Of a DNA stretch of 60,941 bases, positions 40,388-48,597 are shown piece after piece. The notes beneath the pieces were generated by a model that was not told the origin of the DNA, did not search any database, and worked only from the letters and a program-made list of their open reading frames with translations. The DNA lies in assembly GCA_047622645.1 (NCBI GenBank), contig JBLHNH010000001.1:1-60941 (forward strand), read 5' to 3'. Made by a program: the position numbers and the translations under genes. The number at the start of each line of letters is the position of its first letter. The first letter of the stretch is position 1. Source of the DNA: Flavobacterium sp. GTDB taxonomy: Bacteria; Bacteroidota; Bacteroidia; Flavobacteriales; Flavobacteriaceae.

Positions 40388-41008
40388 TTAATTACAATCC
40401 GCTGAAACTTCTTTAGCTCTGTCTAAACCCCAATTTGGATGAAACGGTGTTTCTGGTTGAAAATTCTCAAACAAAGGTATAGATTTTGCAATTTGTTCGC
40501 ACATTGGCGTTGTATCTTGTCCAAAATATCTGGCTGAACCCTTTTCAAATTCCGCTTTAGAAAACATAACTCTTGGATTTTCTGGTGCAATTTTAGCTGC
40601 TTTTGCGTAAACTCCATTTGCCATTCCTGTATATTTCATTCCGTTTGTCATTGGGTCAGAAACAATCCAACCTGTGAAGATTAATCCTTGAACTACTAAT
40701 AACTCTGCATTTTGACTATCTTTCTTAAATTCAACATCTAAAGCATTTTGAGCTTTATCTAACAATGATTTAAGTTCCTCTTTGTCTTGTGTTTGAAAAG
40801 AGGCTAAAGCATTAATAAGTGCTACATAATAGTTTGGCAACCATTCTTTTGATTCTGCTGAAGCAATGCGTTCAAATGTTGCTGAAGCTTCTGTTTTTTT
40901 TCCTTCTGACCAAAGTTTCATTCCTATTGCCATTCCGGTTTCATAATTTGTTTGTGCTGAAACTAATCCACAAACTAAAATTGCGATAAATGTGATAATT
41001 TTTGTCAT
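40388..41008 (-). CDS. Secreted helical (TPR-like) protein
   Basis: Signal peptide ending VSA-Q from ATG 41008; FERIA, WLPNYY, APENPR, HPNWG motifs. Confidence 0.75.
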   Translation of the reverse strand: MTKIITFIAILVCGLVSAQTNYETGMAIGMKLWSEGKKTEASATFERIASAESKEWLPNYYVALINALASFQTQDKEELKSLLDKAQNALDVEFKKDSQNAELLVVQGLIFTGWIVSDPMTNGMKYTGMANGVYAKAAKIAPENPRVMFSKAEFEKGSARYFGQDTTPMCEQIAKSIPLFENFQPETPFHPNWGLDRAKEVSADCN

Positions 41009-41048
41009 GATATTAAAATTTAAAGTTAGTATTTCTTTTTTGATAGTA

Positions 41049-41119
41049 CAAAGTTGCATCAGAATGTTATGATTTTAAAATTGTAATTACTGAACTGTTG
41101 AATATTAAGGATGAATTGT
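41049..41119 (-). promoter_or_regulatory. Putative LytTR-activated promoter (internal): 9-12-9 direct repeat plus -7-like element
   Basis: Minus strand ACAATTCAT-ccttaatattca-ACAGTTCAG (41119-41090), 33-nt gap, CAACTTTG (41056-41049). Confidence 0.75.
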
Positions 41120-41151
41120 TGTTTGAAAGAGTAATTAGTGTTATTTGAATT

Positions 41152-41189
41152 GACTAACTACTAATAACTATTCACTAGCTACTTCTTTA
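41152..41189 (-). repeat. Heptamer TAG array after the TonB receptor stop
   Basis: Minus strand TAA AG AAGTAGC TAGTGAA TAGTTAT TAGTAGT TAGTC; period 7. Confidence 0.65.
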
Positions 41190-43340
41190 TAAATTATCTA
41201 AATTATTAGTCTTTTTATTATCACTAATGGTCCAAAAGAAACCTACAAAAATAAATCTACTAGCTGGTTGTGTAATGGCTTGACGTAGGAACTGTCCGTT
41301 TATATCTGGTGAATTGGCATAATTGTATCCAAAAATATTGTTTGTTCCTATGGCATTTGAAACTGAAAGAAATAGTATTTTTTGTTGTGATAAAAGATAA
41401 GCCCAACTAAAACTCAAATTATTGTACGATTGCGTTTGCTCATTCATGAATTCTGAACTATTTGGATTATCATAAGGTCTTCCTGAATTGTATGAATATG
41501 TTCCACTAATTTGTGATTTTAGCTTTTTAACAAAATATTTTGTGACTAATGAAAAATTATGTTTTGCAATAAAACTTGGGGTTACGTTAGTTTCATAATT
41601 TTTATAATCTCTTTTTGAATTAATAAATGAATAGGAAATCCAATATTCTAAATTTTTAATGGATTTATTATCTCTCCAAAACAAATCGATTCCTTTAGCA
41701 AAACCATAACCGTTATTATTGAAATCACTATCAAATTGAGTGGATGAAGTATTGTACTTAACCAAATCATTATAATCTTTATAATAAGCTTCAGCTCTTA
41801 ACATTTTGCCTTTTTTATTGTACATATAATTCAGAATATAATGTGATGTGTTTTCGTAATTCAAATTAGAAGTATATTTCAAATAACTTTGATTCGGTGT
41901 TTGATTAAAAGTTCCATAAGCCAAAGAAACCTGATTATTTTCAGCAATTTTATAAGCCATTGAAATTCTTGGTTCAACTACAAAGTCATTTACAATAGAA
42001 GCATTTGAACCTCTTAATCCAACATTCATAGCTAGTTTTTTAGAAAAGAAGATTTCGGTTTCAGCAAACAAAGCTCCTAAATTATTATCATATCCGGAAA
42101 GAAAACTATTGGCTTGATTTTCTTTAAAAGATTCATCAAAATTGGTATGAAAATAATCTCCTCCAAAATTTAATTTTATTCTATTGGTCAAAAACTGAGT
42201 AAACTTCAATTTATAATGTAAACTTCTCTCGTTATTATCAACTTTATCGTTAGCAATATTGATTTTATTTTGACTGTAACCATAACTTAATCCTGTTTGT
42301 AACTTTGTGTTTTCAGCAACATAACCAACAAAAGAAGAATTTAAATAGAAGTTACTATTTGTCATATCAACTCGAATTTTATCTTCAAAATTGATGTCTT
42401 TTTGATTGATATCGAAATTAGTTTTATCAAAGGCAGTGTAGATTTTTAGTAATCCTTTTTTAATTTTAGTTCTAAAAATACTTTCTCCAGAAAATACTTC
42501 AACAGGTTTATTCCAATCTAAATTTTGAGGAATAATCGCTTGATAAGGAGCTAAATTCATGTAACTCGTATTAAAAGTTATCGAACTATTTTCCCATTTC
42601 TTTGTTTTTCCCAAACCAGCACCAACAGTCATTATTGAAACATCTATTTGATCTTGTACTGGTTCATCAATTGTATTTAGTAAAAGCACACTTGAAAGGG
42701 CATCGCCATATTCAGCACTATAACCACCCGTTGAAAATGTAATTCCATCAAACAAAAAAGGAGAAAATCGCCCTCTTGTTGGCACATTATTAGCTGTTGC
42801 TCCATAAGGTTGTGCTACTCTAAGTCCATCTACATAAGTTTGCGTTTCATTTGATTCTCCACCACGAACAAACAAACGACCACTTTCTCCTACAGTTTGT
42901 GTTCCTGGTAAGGTTTCTAAGGCTCCAATTATATTTCCTACAGAACCAGCTGTTGTGACAATATCTAAAGGCTTTAAAGCTGTAACTTTACTATTATCAC
43001 CAGCTTTAAAAGTTCCTGCTGAAACTACAACCGCATCTAACGTATTTAAATCATCCTTTAAGTTGAATATTTTAGGTTGATAGTTCTCAACTTCAATTTT
43101 CACTGTGAGAGTTTCAAAAGAAATAAAACTGATTTGTAAAATTTGATTTCCAGATGAAGTAGTTTTAAAAGTAAATTCTCCGTTTTCATCTGTTATTGTT
43201 CCATCATAAGTCCCTTTTAAAAATACACTGGCAGCTACAATTGGATTCTTTTGTTCATCAATAACTTTTCCTTTCAAAGTAGCTTGAGAGTAACTTAAAA
43301 AAGTTATAAATGTGATTAATAAAGTTAAAATAGTTTTCAT
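41187..43340 (-). CDS. TonB-dependent outer membrane receptor
   Basis: Signal peptide, N-terminal carboxypeptidase-regulatory-like domain (GTITDENGEF), LDAVVVSA, plug (LPG, LFVRGG, STGGYSAEYGDALSS), beta-barrel strands. Confidence 0.92.
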   Translation of the reverse strand: MKTILTLLITFITFLSYSQATLKGKVIDEQKNPIVAASVFLKGTYDGTITDENGEFTFKTTSSGNQILQISFISFETLTVKIEVENYQPKIFNLKDDLNTLDAVVVSAGTFKAGDNSKVTALKPLDIVTTAGSVGNIIGALETLPGTQTVGESGRLFVRGGESNETQTYVDGLRVAQPYGATANNVPTRGRFSPFLFDGITFSTGGYSAEYGDALSSVLLLNTIDEPVQDQIDVSIMTVGAGLGKTKKWENSSITFNTSYMNLAPYQAIIPQNLDWNKPVEVFSGESIFRTKIKKGLLKIYTAFDKTNFDINQKDINFEDKIRVDMTNSNFYLNSSFVGYVAENTKLQTGLSYGYSQNKINIANDKVDNNERSLHYKLKFTQFLTNRIKLNFGGDYFHTNFDESFKENQANSFLSGYDNNLGALFAETEIFFSKKLAMNVGLRGSNASIVNDFVVEPRISMAYKIAENNQVSLAYGTFNQTPNQSYLKYTSNLNYENTSHYILNYMYNKKGKMLRAEAYYKDYNDLVKYNTSSTQFDSDFNNNGYGFAKGIDLFWRDNKSIKNLEYWISYSFINSKRDYKNYETNVTPSFIAKHNFSLVTKYFVKKLKSQISGTYSYNSGRPYDNPNSSEFMNEQTQSYNNLSFSWAYLLSQQKILFLSVSNAIGTNNIFGYNYANSPDINGQFLRQAITQPASRFIFVGFFWTISDNKKTNNLDNL

Positions 43341-43368
43341 CTTTTTAATATTAGTTAGTTTGATGAAG

Positions 43369-43439
43369 CAAAATTGTAGTAAAACTTAATCAATAAAAAT
43401 TTAGATTTTCCGAACTGTTGATTTTTTAGGGTGAATTGT
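43369..43439 (-). promoter_or_regulatory. Putative LytTR-activated promoter (operon head): 9-12-9 direct repeat plus -7-like element
   Basis: Minus strand ACAATTCAC-cctaaaaaatca-ACAGTTCGG (43439-43410), 33-nt gap, CAATTTTG (43376-43369); same geometry as the 41049-41119 copy. Confidence 0.75.
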
Positions 43440-43480
43440 ATTTTTGACATTGAAATAGTACATTTACAAAAACAGTACTC

Positions 43481-44395
43481 ATGGATTACCAACAAATATT
43501 AAACTCAATTTATACTGAAGTTAAGCAACTAGAAAACAATGGTTCTATTGCTGAATATATTCCTGAATTAGCTAAAGTTGATGCTTCTAAATTCGGAATT
43601 TCATTAATTGACAATCAGCAAAATATTTATAATGTAGGAAATGCAACTGAAAAATTTTCGATTCAAAGTATTACAAAAGTTTTTACAACTGCTTTAATAT
43701 TTTCTAAAATAGGTAATGATTTATGGAAAAGAGTCAATTTTGAACCTTCTGGAAATGCATTTAATTCCTTAGTTCAGTTAGAATATGAAAACGGAATTCC
43801 AAGAAATCCTTTTATAAACGCAGGAGCTTTGGTTATTGCTGATTTAATGCTAGATCATTTTGAAGATCCAAAAACGTATTTTTTAGATTTTGTAAAAACA
43901 TTGGCGAATTCTAAGTCAATAAATTATAATTTAGAGGTTGTAAATTCTGAAAAAGAAACAGGTTTCAGAAACGCTGCTTTGGTAAATTACATCAAGTCCT
44001 ATGGAAATATTAAAAACAATCCAGAAGATGTTTTAGATTTTTATTTCCATCAATGTGCCTTAGCTATGAGTTGTGAAGAACTAGCCAAAAGTTTTCAAAT
44101 CTTTTCAAATAATGGAATAAATCCATATAATAACGAGCGTTTACTTACTTCAAGTCAATGCAAAAGAATGAATGCCTTGATGCAAATGTGTGGCTTTTAT
44201 GATCAGGCTGGAGAATTTACTTTTAAAGTAGGTTTGCCAGGAAAAAGTGGCGTTGGCGGTGGCGTTACTGCCGTTTTTCCAAACAATTATACCGTTGCAG
44301 TTTGGAGTCCAAAATTGAATAAAAAAGGAAATTCGGTTTATGGATTAGAAACTTTAGAACGATTAACTACTAGTACCGAAGCTTCTATATTTTAA
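43481..44395 (+). CDS. glsA: Glutaminase A
   Basis: YIPEL, FSIQSITK (SxxK), EPSGNAFNS, NPFINAGA, GLPGKSGVGGG. Confidence 0.95.
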   Translation: MDYQQILNSIYTEVKQLENNGSIAEYIPELAKVDASKFGISLIDNQQNIYNVGNATEKFSIQSITKVFTTALIFSKIGNDLWKRVNFEPSGNAFNSLVQLEYENGIPRNPFINAGALVIADLMLDHFEDPKTYFLDFVKTLANSKSINYNLEVVNSEKETGFRNAALVNYIKSYGNIKNNPEDVLDFYFHQCALAMSCEELAKSFQIFSNNGINPYNNERLLTSSQCKRMNALMQMCGFYDQAGEFTFKVGLPGKSGVGGGVTAVFPNNYTVAVWSPKLNKKGNSVYGLETLERLTTSTEASIF

Positions 44396-44480
44396 AAAAA
44401 ATCTTATCAACAAATGTATATTTGACAAAATTAGTTTCTTAAATATTACTTACTTTTGTAGTTCATAAAATTTCAAACAA

Positions 44481-45008
44481 ATGATTTATAAATTTAGAGC
44501 TATATTAGATACTAAAGAGGATATTTTTAGAGATATTGCAATAGAAAAAACAAACACCTTAGAAGATTTACACAACGCAATTGTTAACGCTTTTGGCTTT
44601 GATGGAACCGAAATGGCTTCCTTTTATATGTGTGATGATGAATGGAATCAAGAATTTGAAATTCCACTATTTGATACGGGTGATGATTCTGGTGATATTA
44701 GACCTATGAATGAATTTATTCTTGAAGATAATATAGACAAACATCATACAAAAATTATTTACGTTTATGATTTCTTAAACATGTGGACTTTCTACGTGGA
44801 ATTAGCCGTAATTGAAGACGAAAAACAAGAAGGATTAATTTATCCTGCCTTATTATTTTCACAAGGTGAAGTTCCTTTAGAAGCTGATGATAAATTATTT
44901 GAAGCTGAAGGTGGTTTAGAGGAAAAGGATTATGACGAAGATGATTTAGACCTGTTTGAAGGTGATGATAGTTTTGAAGATTTTGGTTTCGAAGAAAATT
45001 GGAATTAG
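44481..45008 (+). CDS. pRiA4b ORF-3-like / IS1096 passenger TnpR family protein
   Basis: FRDI, TLEDLHNAIVNAFGF, YVYDFLNMWTF; acidic tail. Confidence 0.75.
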   Translation: MIYKFRAILDTKEDIFRDIAIEKTNTLEDLHNAIVNAFGFDGTEMASFYMCDDEWNQEFEIPLFDTGDDSGDIRPMNEFILEDNIDKHHTKIIYVYDFLNMWTFYVELAVIEDEKQEGLIYPALLFSQGEVPLEADDKLFEAEGGLEEKDYDEDDLDLFEGDDSFEDFGFEENWN

Positions 45009-45148
45009 TCTTTTAGTTTATAAGGTTAAAAGGTATTGTGGAATTACATACTTTTAAAAATCTAGCATTATTTAATCTCGTTTTTTACTCAAACCCTTTT
45101 AAACTCTTAATTTTCTACATAAACCCTTTTAAACTCTTAACCTTTTCA
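45006..45148 (+). repeat. Octamer-period arms plus exact 20-nt direct repeat
   Basis: TAGTCTTT TAGTTTAT AAGGTTAA AAGGTATT from the stop codon; AAACCCTTTTAAACTCTTAA at 45091-45110 and 45121-45140. Confidence 0.7.
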
Positions 45149-45153
45149 CACAA

Positions 45154-46212
45154 ATGATAAACCTTTTCAACGCCCATATAGATAATCTTTCCATTCATAG
45201 AGTTGGAAATAAAAGCCGTAACGAAGCTATTTTTTTATCTGAAAATCCATACCGATTAAACGATGAAATTATGCCTTTATTGAAAGAATATTTCTTTAAA
45301 CCTTTTCGTGAAAAAGAAGAAAATTACTTTCAGTTTGCTCATGATGTAGATTTAGAATATAATGACATGTACAATTTAGCTACTGAGATTTTCAATAATC
45401 CAAGTGAAGTACATAACATTTCAAAAAAAATAACTTCGCACTTATTTGAGCAATCAAATCATCCACATATTAAGAATGGTGAAGTTTATGTAGCTTACCT
45501 TTCAAATGTATCAATTGACAACAATGTTGTGGATGCTATTGGAGTTTTCAAAAGTGAAATTCAAACGGATTTCTTACAATTTGAAGAAAATGGAAGCAGT
45601 CTTGAAATGATTTTAAAACAAGGAATCAACTTAAACAAGTTAGACAAAGGATGTTTGATTTTCAATTATAAAAAAGAAGAAGGTTATAAAATATTAACCA
45701 TTGATAGCAACAGATATGATGCTCGTTATTGGTTAGAACATTTCTTATCTGTAGATGCTTTTCAAGATGAAAATTTTATGACTAAGAAGTATTTAAAATT
45801 CTGTCAAGATTTTGCTAAAGATGTAGTTTTGCCTGCAGAAGATAAGCAGCAAGAAGTTTTGTTTATGAATAGAGCCATCAATCATTTTGCAAAAAATGAT
45901 GCTTTTGAAGAATCTGCGTTCTTGAATGAAGTTATGGAGAATCCTCAATTTATTCCAGAATTTAAAAATTACAAAGTAGATAAAGGTGAAAAATATAGTA
46001 TTGAAGATGTAACTGATTTTCCAATAGCTAATGCTGCTGTGACTGATGTTCGTAAGAAATTAAAAAATACGATTCATTTAGATACAAATGTTCAAATTAA
46101 ATTAGATTTCGTGAACTCTGACTCAGCTCAAAAATTTGTTGAAAAAGGTTGGGACGAAGAAAAACAAATGTATTACTACTTGGTTTACTTTAATAAGGAA
46201 CAAAAAAGTTAG
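45154..46212 (+). CDS. Nucleoid-associated protein (NA37/YejK-like)
   Basis: SIHRVGNK, HPHIKNGE, GVFKSE, LDKGCLIFN, YWLEHFL. Confidence 0.85.
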   Translation: MINLFNAHIDNLSIHRVGNKSRNEAIFLSENPYRLNDEIMPLLKEYFFKPFREKEENYFQFAHDVDLEYNDMYNLATEIFNNPSEVHNISKKITSHLFEQSNHPHIKNGEVYVAYLSNVSIDNNVVDAIGVFKSEIQTDFLQFEENGSSLEMILKQGINLNKLDKGCLIFNYKKEEGYKILTIDSNRYDARYWLEHFLSVDAFQDENFMTKKYLKFCQDFAKDVVLPAEDKQQEVLFMNRAINHFAKNDAFEESAFLNEVMENPQFIPEFKNYKVDKGEKYSIEDVTDFPIANAAVTDVRKKLKNTIHLDTNVQIKLDFVNSDSAQKFVEKGWDEEKQMYYYLVYFNKEQKS

Positions 46213-46244
46213 TGTTCAGTATTCAGTAAATAGTATTCAGTAAA
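46210..46244 (+). repeat. Heptamer YAG array starting at the stop codon
   Basis: TAGTGTT CAGTATT CAGTAAA TAGTATT CAGTAAA; the first TAG is the gene stop. Confidence 0.8.
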
Positions 46245-46246
46245 AT

Positions 46247-46288
46247 AAAAGTCTTCAATTACAAATAAGTAGTTGAGGATTTTTTTTT
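46247..46288 (+). terminator. Intrinsic terminator
   Basis: Stem GTCTTCAATTAC/GTAGTTGAGGAT (G-U pairs) followed by a long T run. Confidence 0.7.
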
Positions 46289-46343
46289 ATATTTGAATAA
46301 TAATCTTTAGCATCGAGAGACGCTAAACTAAATTCAGTATAAA

Positions 46344-46970
46344 ATGACAAAGATAGAACTACAGAAATTCATTGAAGAAAAATCGAATCGTCAAATTATA
46401 TTAAAAGACCGCATGAAACTTTTAACTACTTTAGACGTAGATTTATCAAGCTCTAAAATTGGTCGTTGGTTTGGCAGTGCTTATTTAGCAACAAAACGTT
46501 TTTTTACACTTACATTAGGAATTATTCTTATTTTAGGTTCTCTGTTGTTTTTCTTTTTTCCTCAAATTATTGTGAAAGATGAAGCTGTGAAAAATGAAAT
46601 AATTCAGGATTACAAAGACAACTTTGCCTTAGAAACAGGTTCGACTTTGCAAGTTAAAATAAACGAAATTGCTTCTACTTCCAATAAATCTAAATCTACT
46701 CTATTAATTCAAAATTTAGACAAATCAATTGGTGATTCTATTAAAAGTAATGCTAAAAACAAGTTTCAATTTATGGCAATTTTAGGATTAATTCTTGGAG
46801 TTGTTTTATTATACATAGCAAGATTAACTAAAAAAATCAGCTCAAGAAACACTAAAATTTCTGATGCTGAAAAATTAACCCATTCTATTATTAAAGACTA
46901 CTCAGTTACTATTGAAGAAGAAGATAAAGAGCTTCAAATTTTGAGAGAGTATTTGAATACGATGAATTAA
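46344..46970 (+). CDS. Hypothetical two-TM membrane protein
   Basis: Two hydrophobic helices and a coiled-coil-like C-terminus; TATATTTG at 46288-46295. Confidence 0.7.
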   Translation: MTKIELQKFIEEKSNRQIILKDRMKLLTTLDVDLSSSKIGRWFGSAYLATKRFFTLTLGIILILGSLLFFFFPQIIVKDEAVKNEIIQDYKDNFALETGSTLQVKINEIASTSNKSKSTLLIQNLDKSIGDSIKSNAKNKFQFMAILGLILGVVLLYIARLTKKISSRNTKISDAEKLTHSIIKDYSVTIEEEDKELQILREYLNTMN

Positions 46971-46972
46971 AA

Positions 46973-47176
46973 TCAAATTTTTATTAATTCCACTAAACAG
47001 ATAAAGAGTCTAATTATTAGACATACTCCTATCATAACAAGACCAATTCCGGCAGTTTGAAGTTTAAAAGACAAACCACCTATTTTATTTATTTTTTTTA
47101 ATTTTTGATAATAATTAATTAGTTGAATCCCAAAGTAAATTAAGATAACTGCTAAAATAAATTCTAAAAATTTCAT
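46973..47176 (-). CDS. Small hypothetical membrane protein
   Basis: Two hydrophobic segments; ATG 5 nt after the upstream stop on the same strand. Confidence 0.5.
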   Translation of the reverse strand: MKFLEFILAVILIYFGIQLINYYQKLKKINKIGGLSFKLQTAGIGLVMIGVCLIIRLFICLVELIKI

Positions 47177-47181
47177 CTTAT

Positions 47182-48588
47182 TTAAACTTCTTCATCAGGA
47201 AAAATTTTCCCTGGATTTAAAATATGATTAGCATCAAAAACACGTTTAATACTTTCCATAAGTTCTAAATGCGTTTTTGAAAATGCAATATTCATATAGT
47301 TTTTTTGTACATAACCAATTCCGTGTTCTCCTGAAAGTGTTCCTTTTAAGGCAACTGTTAATTCAAAAATTTCTCTGATTCCTTTTGGGATTTCTTTATT
47401 CCATTTATCATCAGATAAATCTCCTTTTATAATGTTTACGTGTAAATTTCCGTCACCTGCATGACCGTAACAAACTGATTTGAAACCGTACTTTGCTCCT
47501 ATTGTTTTAATTCCTTCTAATAATTTAGGTAATTCATATCTTGGAACAACCGTATCTTCTTCTTTATAAATTGAATTTGATTTAACAGCTTCACCAACAG
47601 CTCTTCGCATTTTCCATAAAGCATTCTTTTGTTCTTCTGAATCTGCAAATAAAACCTCATCAATTGTATATTGTTCAACAACTTCTAGAATTTTTTCTGC
47701 TTCTTGCATTAAAATTTCAGGATAATTGCCATCAACTTCAATCAACAAATGAGCTTTGATATCATCTTTAATAGCTACACTAACACCATCAATATATTTC
47801 ATTGTCCATTCCAAAGCATCACGTTCCATAAACTCTAAAGCACTTGGTACAATTCCAGCTCTAAAGATGGCAGAAACGGCTTCACAAGCTTGTTCCGCTT
47901 TATAAAAAGGAACTAATAACAATACATTATGTTTATTAGCAGGAATCAGTTTTAAGACAATTTTAGTTATTACTCCTAAAGTTCCTTCACTTCCAACCAT
48001 TAATTGCGTTAAATTGTATCCTGTTGAGTTTTTAAGCGTGTTTGCTCCTGTCCAAATAATTTCACCATTAGGCAAAACAACTTCTAAGTTTAAAACATAA
48101 TCTTTTGTTACACCATATTTTAACGCTCTTGCACCACCAGAATTTTCGGCCACATTTCCACCAATCCAACAACTACCTTGACTGCTAGGATCTACTGGAT
48201 AAGAAAGATTTTTTTCTAAAACAGCTTCACGTAAAACTTGAGTAATTACTGCTGGTTCAACAGTAATTTGAAGATTTTTTTCGTCAATTTCTATGATTTT
48301 ATTTAATCGTTCCATTGAAAGTCCAATTCCTTTTTGAACACATAAAGCTCCTCCACTTAGGCCAGTTCTTGCTCCAATTGGGGTTACTGGAATATAAAAT
48401 TTATTGGCTACTTTTAGAATTTCAGAAATCTCAAATGCATTTGCAGGTTTTAAAACCACACTAGGTGGAAAAACATAATCTTCTGTTTCATCGTGACCAT
48501 AATGATTTCGAGTTTCTTCATCTGTAAAAATGTAAGATTCACCAACAATATTCTTTAGTAACTCGTATATGTTTTTCTTTAATTCCAT
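47182..48588 (-). CDS. FAD-linked oxidase/dehydrogenase (GlcD / D-2-hydroxyacid dehydrogenase family)
   Basis: GARTGLSGG, DPSS, IGGNVAENSGG, GSEGTLG, GHAGDGNLH, SGEHGIG, LNPGK. Confidence 0.92.
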   Translation of the reverse strand: MELKKNIYELLKNIVGESYIFTDEETRNHYGHDETEDYVFPPSVVLKPANAFEISEILKVANKFYIPVTPIGARTGLSGGALCVQKGIGLSMERLNKIIEIDEKNLQITVEPAVITQVLREAVLEKNLSYPVDPSSQGSCWIGGNVAENSGGARALKYGVTKDYVLNLEVVLPNGEIIWTGANTLKNSTGYNLTQLMVGSEGTLGVITKIVLKLIPANKHNVLLLVPFYKAEQACEAVSAIFRAGIVPSALEFMERDALEWTMKYIDGVSVAIKDDIKAHLLIEVDGNYPEILMQEAEKILEVVEQYTIDEVLFADSEEQKNALWKMRRAVGEAVKSNSIYKEEDTVVPRYELPKLLEGIKTIGAKYGFKSVCYGHAGDGNLHVNIIKGDLSDDKWNKEIPKGIREIFELTVALKGTLSGEHGIGYVQKNYMNIAFSKTHLELMESIKRVFDANHILNPGKIFPDEEV

Positions 48589-48597
48589 TTTCTTGTT

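Noticed and set aside
44481-45008. Possible IS element, suggested by the IS1096 passenger TnpR-like family
   Set aside because: No transposase, terminal inverted repeats or target duplication; it sits beside a housekeeping nucleoid-protein gene.
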